Assembly: GCA_963836235.1 (NCBI GenBank)
Contig: CAWIIP010000002.1
Span: 320,001 to 384,000, forward strand
Direction of reading: 5' to 3'
Length of the DNA: 64,000 nt
Origin: an uncultured Pseudomonadota bacterium
GTDB taxonomy: Bacteria > Oederibacteriota > Muellerivitia > Muellerivitales > Muellerivitaceae
In this document: piece after piece, positions 19,398-28,411 of the stretch
Numbering within the stretch: position 1 is the first letter of the stretch
Layout of the letters: every line of letters begins with the position of its first letter
Program-made: the position numbers and the translations under genes
The notes under the pieces: model-generated
Seen by the model: only the letters and a program-made list of their open reading frames with translations
What the model was told of the DNA's origin: nothing
Databases searched by the model: none

Positions 19398-20780
19398 ATG
19401 TTTGAGCAATTAACCGAAAAAATCCAAAAGGTTTTCAAGAACCTCCGCGGCCAGGGAAAAATTAGCGAGGAGAATATTCAGGAAGCTCTCAAGGAAGTCC
19501 GGCTCGCCCTTCTTGAGGCCGACGTCAATGTCGAAACGGTGAAACTTTTCTTGGAAAGGGTCAAGGCCAAGGCCCTCGGCAAAGAAGTGACCCTGAGCCT
19601 CACCCCAGGCCAGGTGATGGTAAAGATAGTTCATGAGGAATTAATTGCGCTTTTGACGCCTAAGGACAAAAACGCCAACAAACTTAAATTTGCTCCAGCC
19701 CCTCCCACGCTTATCCTTTTAGCCGGTCTTCAGGGAACGGGCAAAACCACTACCGCCGCCAAGCTGGCCCTGTGGCTTAAAAAAGACGGACGCAAACCGG
19801 GTTTAGTGGCCGCGGACTTGGTGCGCCCGGCGGCCATCAACCAATTAGCGGCGCTCGCCCAGGAAATCGGGGTTCCCTGCTTTAGGCCCGAAACCGGGGA
19901 AAAGGCTTTGGACGTTTGCCAAAGGGCGGTCAAAACTTGCCTCCAAAACGACGCGAACATCCTGATCTTGGACACGGCGGGCCGCCTGCAAATTGACGAA
20001 CAAATGATGAACGAGATCTCTGAAATTCAAAAAAAACTGAAGCCCACCAATATCATGCTGGTGGTGGACGCCATGACGGGCCAAAACGCCGTTCAAGTGG
20101 CGACGGCTTTCCACGCGAGGCTCCCCTTAACCGGCCTGGTCTTGACGAAAGCCGATGGCGACGCCCGTGGAGGGGCTATCTTTTCCATCACATCGGTGAC
20201 CGGGGTCCCAATTCAATTCGTGGGTGTCAGTGAGAAAATGGATGGATTAGAAGCCTTTTACCCGGACCGTATGGCTTCCCGGATTCTGGGCATGGGCGAC
20301 ATGCTGACACTCATTGAAAAAGCCGAGGAAGTGGCCCGCCAATCGGCCTTTGATAAACAAAAGATGGCCAAAGGGTCCGACTTCAACCTGGACCACTTGC
20401 TGGACCAGCTTCGCCAACTCAAGAAAATGGGTTCCATGGAAGAAATCATTAACATGCTTCCCGGGGACCATGCGCAGAAAAAACAAATGGCGGCCAACGC
20501 CCCCGACGAGAAGAAAATCAAGCGGATGGAAGCGATTATCCTTTCCATGACGGCCAAGGAACGTCAGTTCCCCCAATTGCTCGACGGTTCCCGTAAGCGC
20601 CGGATCGCGTCAGGAAGCGGCACCCAACCGAGTGAAATCAATACGCTTTTAAAACAATATGACATGATGAAGAAAATGGCCAAAAAGGGTGGCATGGCAC
20701 AGAAAGCCATGAACATGATGGGCGGGGGCATGCCGGGAAGCTTTCCTCCCGGAGGCCTTCCCCCGGGATTTCCTCGTTAA
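19398..20780 (+). CDS. ffh: Signal recognition particle protein Ffh
   Basis: ALLEADV, GLQGTGKTTT, DTAGR, TKADGDARGG and Met-rich M domain. Confidence 0.97.
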   Translation: MFEQLTEKIQKVFKNLRGQGKISEENIQEALKEVRLALLEADVNVETVKLFLERVKAKALGKEVTLSLTPGQVMVKIVHEELIALLTPKDKNANKLKFAPAPPTLILLAGLQGTGKTTTAAKLALWLKKDGRKPGLVAADLVRPAAINQLAALAQEIGVPCFRPETGEKALDVCQRAVKTCLQNDANILILDTAGRLQIDEQMMNEISEIQKKLKPTNIMLVVDAMTGQNAVQVATAFHARLPLTGLVLTKADGDARGGAIFSITSVTGVPIQFVGVSEKMDGLEAFYPDRMASRILGMGDMLTLIEKAEEVARQSAFDKQKMAKGSDFNLDHLLDQLRQLKKMGSMEEIINMLPGDHAQKKQMAANAPDEKKIKRMEAIILSMTAKERQFPQLLDGSRKRRIASGSGTQPSEINTLLKQYDMMKKMAKKGGMAQKAMNMMGGGMPGSFPPGGLPPGFPR

Positions 20781-20903
20781 TAGATTCTGTTCCATCTTCC
20801 AAAGAAACGTCCGGTACAAGTTGACCTTTCAAAAGAACCGGCGATACAATGAACGTTCTCATTTCAATTGACTGAATTCAACCAAGGTTAAACGGCTCGG
20901 CTC

Positions 20904-22832
20904 ATGGGACTTTTCGGCAATAAAGAAGATAAAAAGAAAGAGTTGCTGGAGTCCGCCCAAAAACTCGCCGACCAAGGCGATACCCCTAAAGCCTTGAAAG
21001 AGCTTCAGAAGGCCCTGGAACTTGACCCCAATTACAAAGAAGCCCACACGGCCATGGGCTTCATCTATTCCGATATGGGCCAATCCGACGATGCCGTCCA
21101 GGTTTTTAAAAAAGTCATTTCCATCGACAACAATTCCCCCGAAGCCTGGAACAACTTGGGCCTTATGCTGGCCCGTTCCGAGAAATACAAGGAAGCCATC
21201 AAGACCTTTGAAGACGCCATTGCCCGCAACCCTAAAACAGCCACTTTCTACAATAATTTGGGTAACGTTTATTACGAACTCGGGCAATTTTCCCAAGCCA
21301 TGCAGGTTTTTCAAACCGCCGTTGAGTTGGATCCCTCTTACGCGGAGTCCTACCACCGCTTAGGTATCGACAAGAATACCGCCGGTAATATGGAAGTAGC
21401 GATGAAACGTCTAGAAGAAGCCGCCAAATCCGGAAAAAACAAAGCCAAGGTGGCCTACGATATGGGCACCCTCTACGCCAAACAAGAACTCCACGACAAG
21501 GCCATCAAATCTTTCCAAGACGCAACCCGCCTGGACGGGCGTTTTGAAGCGGCTTACATGGCCATGGGTTTCGCCTACGAACGCAAAGGCGACTTGCAAA
21601 AGGCGCTGGAGACCTTTGCGCAGGTTATCACTCTAAATCCTCAAAGCGCCAAAATTCACAATACGGTAGGACTTATCTACGACAAACTGCGACTTTATAA
21701 ACAGGCTATTAAGGAATACCGAATCGCAATCCAATTGGAGCCGAGTTACGCAAACGCGCATTTCATCTTGGGCCAAGTTTACGAGAACAAGGGGATTATG
21801 GAAAAAGCCGTGGCTGAGTACGAAAAGTTTGTCCGTATCCACGAGACCGGCGCCATGGTGGATGAAGCCAAGTCGCGAATCGCTAAAATAAAGAACATCA
21901 GTCTGGATGAATTAGAAAAATTGCTGAACATGAAGAAGTTAGATGCTCCCGCCAGTGCCGAAACCGCGCCTAAGGAGCCTATTCCTTCTTCCATTGACGC
22001 ACTCTCCAGTCCGACTCCGGCGCCAACACCGCCTAACGCCGCACCCCTACCGGCGGAAACCGGAGGAGTCAAACTGACCGATCCCAAGGAATACTTAAAA
22101 CAAGTTTTGGCCAAAGCTAAGGCCGCCAAAAACCCCCAGGGTACTGCTCCAACCACCGCCTCTTCAACCCAGGCCGCTACCGAAACATCCGAATCCAAAC
22201 CAATGGCCACCGCCGTCTTAACATCTCCTGTTTCAATCCTTGAACCTCCATCGGTGAGCATTCCCTCCATAACCCCGCATTCGACGGGAGTCCCCACTCA
22301 AACCGATCCTATTCCTCCAATCGAATCAGTTCAACCTTCATCCCGGCAAGCCACTGATCTCTCAAAAACCACCTTGCCTCCCATTGTGCCCATAGCTTTT
22401 CAAGCTCAGCCCGTCCCTGTCGTGGAAATATCGGCGGCACCTATAGAATTGGCCGCAACAGAAGTCCTTCATACACCCTATAGCGCCGAAGAAGAAACAA
22501 ACTCCTCTATCCCGGTCTACAATCCAGATCAACCTCTTCCCGCTTCGGCATTGGATGGTTATGTATTAGATGAACAGGAAGTACTCAACGCCATTGTTCA
22601 AGTTGATACCCAAAACGTCGAGCAAGAAGCTCAAGTCCTTGAAGCAGTAGAAGCCATGAGAGCCTCCCACATTACCGGGGATGAACTTTTGGAGGATTCC
22701 CCTCAGATGCCCCCCATACCAATATCCATACCCTCCCTTTCGTCTATCCCTAAGCCACCAACAGCCCCTCCGATCCCAACCCCACTTCCATCCACACCTC
22801 AAAAATCTACGATCAAACACGGCTTTTTCTAA
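20904..22832 (+). CDS. Tetratricopeptide repeat protein with Pro/Ser/Thr-rich and acidic C-terminal extension
   Basis: Multiple TPR motifs in the first ~330 aa, followed by a low-complexity tail. Confidence 0.85.
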   Translation: MGLFGNKEDKKKELLESAQKLADQGDTPKALKELQKALELDPNYKEAHTAMGFIYSDMGQSDDAVQVFKKVISIDNNSPEAWNNLGLMLARSEKYKEAIKTFEDAIARNPKTATFYNNLGNVYYELGQFSQAMQVFQTAVELDPSYAESYHRLGIDKNTAGNMEVAMKRLEEAAKSGKNKAKVAYDMGTLYAKQELHDKAIKSFQDATRLDGRFEAAYMAMGFAYERKGDLQKALETFAQVITLNPQSAKIHNTVGLIYDKLRLYKQAIKEYRIAIQLEPSYANAHFILGQVYENKGIMEKAVAEYEKFVRIHETGAMVDEAKSRIAKIKNISLDELEKLLNMKKLDAPASAETAPKEPIPSSIDALSSPTPAPTPPNAAPLPAETGGVKLTDPKEYLKQVLAKAKAAKNPQGTAPTTASSTQAATETSESKPMATAVLTSPVSILEPPSVSIPSITPHSTGVPTQTDPIPPIESVQPSSRQATDLSKTTLPPIVPIAFQAQPVPVVEISAAPIELAATEVLHTPYSAEEETNSSIPVYNPDQPLPASALDGYVLDEQEVLNAIVQVDTQNVEQEAQVLEAVEAMRASHITGDELLEDSPQMPPIPISIPSLSSIPKPPTAPPIPTPLPSTPQKSTIKHGFF

Positions 22833-22970
22833 AACCAGTCGGCGACCGATAGCCAGAACTTTTTTAGTTTTTAGGCGCCAGTCGTTAAAGGCGACTATCG
22901 ACTTTTTATCCTTGCGTCTTCAAGGAAGAATCCTACAATTGGGGTGCACCCCATTACCCAAGGAGTTTTT

Positions 22971-23426
22971 ATGCCCGACGTGAGTTATTTGTCCAAATAT
23001 CCTCCCTTTAAATCCTTCGATGGAAATGATTTGGATGCGATGGGTGCGGCGGGAGAGGAAAAGGCAGTCAAAAAAGACGAGTTGGTTTTCGACGAAGATT
23101 CCAAGGGCGACAGTATGTACGTGATTAAATCCGGCGCTGTCAAGATCCTGAAGAAAGTCAAGAACCAGGAAAATACCATCGCCGTTTTAAACCCAGGCGA
23201 ATTCTTCGGCGAAATGGCGCTGTTAGACGGCCTTCCCCGTTCCGCCGCGGTCCGAGCCACCACCGATTCTGAACTTTTTATGGTTTCACTTGATGGCTAC
23301 CAAAAATTGAGAAAAGAAAAACCCCATACCGCTCTGAAATTAATGGATATCATCATCAAGGTTCTTTCCAACCGCCTCCGCCAAGCCAATAAAAATCTTG
23401 AAGTCATCAGCTTCTGGATTGAATAG
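22971..23426 (+). CDS. Stand-alone cyclic-nucleotide-binding domain protein
   Basis: GEFFGEMALLDGLPRSA motif; no HTH; AGGAG RBS before the ATG at 22971. Confidence 0.88.
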   Translation: MPDVSYLSKYPPFKSFDGNDLDAMGAAGEEKAVKKDELVFDEDSKGDSMYVIKSGAVKILKKVKNQENTIAVLNPGEFFGEMALLDGLPRSAAVRATTDSELFMVSLDGYQKLRKEKPHTALKLMDIIIKVLSNRLRQANKNLEVISFWIE

Positions 23427-23435
23427 TAAAGACAG

Positions 23436-23486
23436 TTTTCAGTTCTAAGTTAAGCTGAGCAGCAACTTAAAACTTAGAACTCAAAA
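23436..23486. repeat. Palindrome with heptamer periodicity
   Basis: TTTTCAGTTCTAAGTT pairs with AACTTAGAACTCAAAA; 7-mers AACTTAA-AACTTAG-AACTCAA-AATTTAA. Confidence 0.55.
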
Positions 23487-23530
23487 TTTAAAAATTTTTT
23501 CCCTCAAACGGCTAAAAACAGATTGAGAGC

Positions 23531-23562
23531 AAAAAAAAGCCCCGGATGGGGATCCGAGGCTT
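23531..23562 (-). terminator. Rho-independent terminator
   Basis: Minus strand reads AAGCCTCGGATCCCCATCCGGGC followed by T8. Confidence 0.7.
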
Positions 23563-23626
23563 CAAAGAGGGGGGGATCCCCTCAGTGCCCAGCGGTTAAG
23601 CGGAGCACAAGCTGTCTAAAATGGTG

Positions 23627-23905
23627 TTAATTTTGCTGTTGTTGCTTTTTTACCTGTTCCTCTTCCCATTGCTTACGACGGTTTTCGCGGGCTTCGTCCA
23701 GCTGCATGGCCACAACGATATTTCCGATACGCGCTTGGATATTCTGAAGGGCCTTGTCCTTGCCTCCCCCAAAATCCGGAACCATAACCTCGCCAAAATT
23801 ATTCACGTGGGTTTTGGCGAATACTTTTCCCTGTTTTTCAAAAAGCTCAATCTCAAAATCCTTTTCATGGATGATCACTTTTACTTTTTCCGTCGCTGGG
23901 GCCAT
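23627..23905 (-). CDS. Small hypothetical protein
   Basis: AAAGGTG upstream, plausible composition and a downstream terminator. Confidence 0.6.
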   Translation of the reverse strand: MAPATEKVKVIIHEKDFEIELFEKQGKVFAKTHVNNFGEVMVPDFGGGKDKALQNIQARIGNIVVAMQLDEARENRRKQWEEEQVKKQQQQN

Positions 23906-24045
23906 GGGACACCTTTGAATGATTTATTGCGGGCAAAACCGTCAAAAGCGGCTTTGAGGCCGGTATATTAACGATCCCTCCTGGCTTTTGCAAGCCAAAC
24001 CGGCCGCTTTTGGCCAACTTTGTGGTTTTTTCCATGCATATTTTC

Positions 24046-24104
24046 TTGATAAACTTTGGAGGCCTTGTTATATACCCCTCACAACTCCCTCCAAGTTATC
24101 CACA
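24046..24104 (+). promoter_or_regulatory. Putative sigma70 promoter and a perfect DnaA box upstream of comM
   Basis: TTGATA-17 nt-TATATA with extended TG; TTATCCACA at 24096-24104. Confidence 0.35.
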
Positions 24105-24120
24105 AATTAAGGGTGCGTAA

Positions 24121-25095
24121 ATGCTCGCAAATATCAGAAGCGCCGCTCTCTTGGGGATTGACGCCTATGCCGTCGAGTGCGAGGTCGATATTGCTCCCGG
24201 GCTGCCTACTTTCCAAACGGTAGGATTACCGGACGCCGCCGTCAAGGAATCCAAGGACCGGGTCAAAAGTGCCGTCACCAATTCCCAGTTCAATTTTCCC
24301 GTCCAACGTATCACGGTCAATTTAGCCCCGGCTGACACCAAAAAAGAGGGCCCTTCTTTCGACTTACCCATGGCTGTTGGAATATTGGTGGCTTCCGGCC
24401 GCCTCCCCCAAAAATCGGTCGAGGGTTATTGGATGGTGGGCGAATTGGCGCTCGATGGGAAAATCAGGCCGATTCGTGGGGCTCTTTCTATCGCCCTGGC
24501 TGCCCGGGATGCGGGCGTCAAAGGCTTGTTGGTCCCTTCCGAAAACGCCAAGGAAGCGGCGGTCGTCCAGGAACTTCCCGTCTATGCCGTTAAAAACTTG
24601 AAGGAAACCTTTGAGTTTCTCAATGGGAACAAGCAGTTGCATCCCACCCAGGTCAACATCGAGGAGGAGTTTCGCAATCACTCTAACTACAAGCTGGACT
24701 TTTCCGACGTTAAAGGCCAAGAGAACGCCAAAAGGGCTTTGGAAATCGGGGCTGCCGGCGGACACAATATTTTACTGGTGGGGCCCCCCGGCTCCGGGAA
24801 ATCCATGCTTACCAAGCGTCTTCCTACCATTTTGCCTTCCCTATCCCTGGAAGAAGCCATCCAAACCACCAAAATCCACTCCATCGCGGGTACCTTGGCC
24901 CGGCGCAAGGCCCTCATGGCCACCCGTGCCTTCCGATCACCCCACCATACGGTTTCGGATGCTGGTCTCATTGGCGGCGGGACTATTCCTAAACCAGGCG
25001 AGGTCAGTTTGGCTCACAACGGAGTCCTGTTTTTGGATGAGTTTCCGGAGTTTAATAAAAATGTGCTGGAAGTTTTGCGCCAGCCTTTGGAGGAC
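24121..25095 (+). pseudogene. comM: comM/YifB Mg-chelatase-like ATPase, N-terminal part (interrupted)
   Basis: [24 protein letters not shown] and [18 protein letters not shown]; homology stops abruptly at codon 325. Confidence 0.92.
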
Positions 25096-25155
25096 TTTCG
25101 GGTAAGCGGAAGATTGCGGCTTTTTGGGTTTAAATTGGAGGTTGCAGAAAGGCAA
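25095..25155 (+). repeat. Left 61-bp direct repeat
   Basis: ctttcgggtaagcggaagattgcggctttttgggtttaaattggaggttgcagaaaggcaa; 54/61 identical to 28789-28849. Confidence 0.92.
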
Positions 25156-25232
25156 AAAAACCATGCATCTTCGCCTACGCGAATATCATTAACAAAGAGT
25201 GAATCTCGGTTACGATCTTAACTGGTTTTCCA

Positions 25233-25895
25233 TTATTTTTTTAGTCGGCTTACTTTTTTTGGCAATATATATAAACTTTCAATTATGTGGTCAATAATAT
25301 CAATGCAAATTTTTAAGTCCTTTTCTGAATGATCACTTAGCTCATGTAAAGCTTCGTTTCCCAGCAACCTTATTTTATGAAGAAATTCTACCTGTTTATT
25401 GTTTAGAATCCCTTTCTCCGCAAGTCCATTCAGCTTTCCTTCCAATGTGTTCTTTGTTTTTACAAGGCCACTATTTTTATCAACAACAAGCCCTTTTAAA
25501 ACTGATTGTTCCTTGCAAATTCCTTCCAGCACCATTCTAATTCCAGCTGCGCACAAGTGAAAATGATTCGCGTTAAATGCCCAAATTGTTTGGTAGTAGA
25601 TGTTTTCTATGTCTTTCGGCGTTCCAGTAGAAGTTTTAATTTGGATATTATTTATTTTTCTGTCGGGATAAATAAATTCATGATCACCAAAATCATCAGC
25701 ATCCATATAATGCCTAAATGTAATTTGATCGCACCCATTACACCTAATAATTTGAAAAGTGTCATCGGTTTCCATTGCAGTGATATCACCGTCTATTTCA
25801 ACATCTTCATTGGAATGGCTTTTAATTTCTTTTAAAACTTTGTGGTGAGTTTTTCTTTTGCAGGAAAGACAATATACATTCATTAAATTTTCCAT
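25233..25895 (-). CDS. DUF4145 (HEPN-like) domain protein with N-terminal Zn-binding motifs
   Basis: CLSC...CNGC; AAGIRMVLEGIC; IRLLGNEALH (Rx4-6H-like). Confidence 0.8.
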   Translation of the reverse strand: MENLMNVYCLSCKRKTHHKVLKEIKSHSNEDVEIDGDITAMETDDTFQIIRCNGCDQITFRHYMDADDFGDHEFIYPDRKINNIQIKTSTGTPKDIENIYYQTIWAFNANHFHLCAAGIRMVLEGICKEQSVLKGLVVDKNSGLVKTKNTLEGKLNGLAEKGILNNKQVEFLHKIRLLGNEALHELSDHSEKDLKICIDIIDHIIESLYILPKKVSRLKK

Positions 25896-25907
25896 TTGAT
25901 TTTCGAA

Positions 25908-26555
25908 TTACAACGGTTCAGTTGGCTGGGATTTTGATTTTGCCCAAAACAAACCCCAGATTTCATTTTCGGAGAATGTTTCATGCAGTAAGACTCTTGC
26001 CCCTTCAAAATGTGCACCACTCGTTGTGACATCGTCTAAAAGAGTTAAAATTTTTCCGCTTTTATGTTTTCTTCGAAAATCTTCATTTATTCGTAACGAA
26101 TCATAAACCGATTTCCAATTACGAGGCTTTTTCGATTCATGAAAGGCTGGCATTTTATCACCTTCCAGAATTGGAAAATATTCAACATTTTGGCATTGTT
26201 TTGCGATGGCCTGAGCAACCAAATCAATACGATCGTCATAGTCTTTATGGGATCTTTGTTTTGAACATGGCATTGGGATAATCAAAAACTTTTCGTCACT
26301 ACGCTTTTTCGAAGTCAAAAAATCCGTTACTTCTTGTGAAAACGTATCAATCGCTCCGTTGCGATATCCAATTCGGTTGCTTGGAGCTTTTTTACCCATT
26401 TGAAAATTGGCGATTAATTGATTGGTCTCGGAGAATCCGAAACCCTTGCCAGGAGTGTATGTTCTTGCATAATAAATGTTTTTTTCTAGGTGACCATTGC
26501 AACAATAAAAATCGTCAGTTTCGTCGGCCTGACGCCACCTTTTTTCATTTTGCAT
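25908..26555 (-). CDS. Phosphoribosyltransferase-like protein (partner of DprA)
   Basis: IIPMPCS and the PRPP-binding motif LLDDVTTSGAH. Confidence 0.8.
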   Translation of the reverse strand: MQNEKRWRQADETDDFYCCNGHLEKNIYYARTYTPGKGFGFSETNQLIANFQMGKKAPSNRIGYRNGAIDTFSQEVTDFLTSKKRSDEKFLIIPMPCSKQRSHKDYDDRIDLVAQAIAKQCQNVEYFPILEGDKMPAFHESKKPRNWKSVYDSLRINEDFRRKHKSGKILTLLDDVTTSGAHFEGARVLLHETFSENEIWGLFWAKSKSQPTEPL

Positions 26556-26574
26556 GTTAAACCGATTCCCATAT

Positions 26575-27480
26575 CTAATTTAACGACTGTAGTTCATCTA
26601 CTAATTGTTTATCATCAGTAATTTTTATGGCACCTTTTTTAAGATATGTTTCTGGCCAGTTCAACCCTTTATCAAAACAAGACTTCAAAATAAATAATTT
26701 TTTACCTTGTTTAATGGCGGCTCGTGCCTGAATTAAAGAACCGCTTGTATCAGAAGCTTCAACTATAACTGTTGCCGCACTCAAGGCGGCCATCGTTACA
26801 TTTCTTGCGGGGAAAAAATTTCTTTTGTACTTCCAAAAAGTGCTCAAAGAATTTACATAAAATGGAACTTGGCTTAAAACCAAATACTCTTTAGCAATTT
26901 CTTCTTGGAGTGTTTTATTGTTCTTTGGATAAACTTCATTTAAGGCGGTTCCTAAAACTGCGATAGTTTTGCCTCCATTTTCAATAGTCGCTTGATGTGC
27001 GGCTGAATCAATGCCTTCTGCTAATCCCGACATAACCGTAAATTTATTTTCCACAAGAAGGCTTGCAACTTTTTTCGCTCTTTTAATGCCTTCAGGCGAA
27101 GCTTGTCGAGCACCAACTACAGAGACAATTCTAGATGAAAGTAAGTCTAGCGCTCCACGATAATAAAGAACTTCCAGTGGATACTCCGCCAATCTTAATC
27201 TTTCTGGATATTCAAAATCTTTGTGAAAAATTGCCGAATAACTTTTGAAAGGCATTAACCCATTTATTGTGTTTTTAATTTGTTCGATCTTTTCGTCAAC
27301 AATCCCAACTAATTTCGCAATATTTGATGGCAATTCGTAATTATGACTTTGGAATAGTTCGGCAATTTTTTTAACACTTGGGTATTTCTCCCATAAAGAT
27401 TCATAGGCGGAAATTTCCCAAGTAGGGCGTATCACATCATCTTGATTTTCAAAAAAACCTACCTGAGCACTTGTGTTCAT
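26575..27480 (-). CDS. DprA/Smf (SLOG) family protein, defence-associated type
   Basis: YPERL, LYYRG, VVGAR, SGLAEGIDSAAH, FPARN and VEASDTSGS motifs; no C-terminal winged helix. Confidence 0.88.
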   Translation of the reverse strand: MNTSAQVGFFENQDDVIRPTWEISAYESLWEKYPSVKKIAELFQSHNYELPSNIAKLVGIVDEKIEQIKNTINGLMPFKSYSAIFHKDFEYPERLRLAEYPLEVLYYRGALDLLSSRIVSVVGARQASPEGIKRAKKVASLLVENKFTVMSGLAEGIDSAAHQATIENGGKTIAVLGTALNEVYPKNNKTLQEEIAKEYLVLSQVPFYVNSLSTFWKYKRNFFPARNVTMAALSAATVIVEASDTSGSLIQARAAIKQGKKLFILKSCFDKGLNWPETYLKKGAIKITDDKQLVDELQSLN

Positions 27481-27640
27481 GGAAAATCTCCCCTATTTCG
27501 TGGATGGCGGATAGTATACGGGAGTATACTTTTAAAATTCAAGAGATTCTAATCCTAGCAGAATCAGACCTCATTTTAAGCGGTTTTCCTCTTAATAAAG
27601 TTCCTTAAATCTTCTAAATTATTTAGACCCCCATAAAATA

Positions 27641-28357
27641 TTATTCAGAAAACAAAAGCTGAAACCCATCAACTATTTTTTCATAGTCTATCGCCGTGGA
27701 TGACTCTGTCAGAGTTAGGCCGTTAACGAACCCTATAAATCGTACAGCGCGCTCATATTCTTCCTCGTACATTTTCAGGGTAATCACTTTTGGTGTGCCT
27801 CCAACACTCCCATCCTTTCCCAAAAGAACATAAAGAGAATTTTGTTTTCGTTTATCTTTTTTACCATTAGCAATTTTCATTGCTTCCTCATCCCAATCAG
27901 TACTTCCATAGCTGTATACTGGCCCCCACCTGCCAACTTTTTCAAACTTAAGAATATTCATCGAATCAGCAACTTTGCTTGGTAACCTAAAATCTCCTGT
28001 TTTCATTTGCTCTTTATGTCTCGCAAGCATTTCTTCAAAGTCGGGGGATAAATGGTCGACAATAATACTTAATAAATGTTTACAATTATGGTCGCGAGTA
28101 ATCCGAAGTATGTTTTTATTCCAAGGGATAACACCCTTAGCTACTAAATGAAGCAAAAATCCCTTGGCGCATTCTTCTTGTGAAATTACGGAAAGAAAAT
28201 AAGGCGTAGCCAGAGAATAATCCCACTCTTTTAAATGTTGGCTTTCTTCCAATAATCGATTTGCATTTTCAACACAAACCTTAATTGACCGTGTCCAATT
28301 TTTTTTCTTCTTCAATGTTTTTTCAATCCTAACGTGATGTATCCTGCCTTTTTTCAC
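27641..28357 (-). CDS. AbiV-family (HEPN) abortive infection-like protein
   Basis: ENANRLLEES, SQEECAK, RDHNCKH and KQNSLYV patterns typical of AbiV; start codon uncertain. Confidence 0.7.
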   Translation of the reverse strand: MKKGRIHHVRIEKTLKKKKNWTRSIKVCVENANRLLEESQHLKEWDYSLATPYFLSVISQEECAKGFLLHLVAKGVIPWNKNILRITRDHNCKHLLSIIVDHLSPDFEEMLARHKEQMKTGDFRLPSKVADSMNILKFEKVGRWGPVYSYGSTDWDEEAMKIANGKKDKRKQNSLYVLLGKDGSVGGTPKVITLKMYEEEYERAVRFIGFVNGLTLTESSTAIDYEKIVDGFQLLFSE

Positions 28358-28411
28358 ACTATGAAATAGTCGGGTGACAAACCTGATTTTTCCATTTTCC
28401 CTGAAGCCGGA

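Noticed and set aside
24937-25164. 75-aa minus-strand [13 protein letters not shown]... as a stand-alone gene
   Set aside because: Only the first ~23 codons resemble the HTH N-terminus and the rest is antisense comM, so it is treated as part of the repeat.
25096-25221. C-terminal 41 aa of the 366-aa ORF 24121..25221
   Set aside because: This is read-through from comM into the island repeat and is not ComM sequence.
26575-27480. Housekeeping competence dprA next to comM
   Set aside because: It is AT-rich, on the opposite strand, inside the island, lacks the C-terminal domain and is coupled to a PRTase, which fits a defence-type homologue better.
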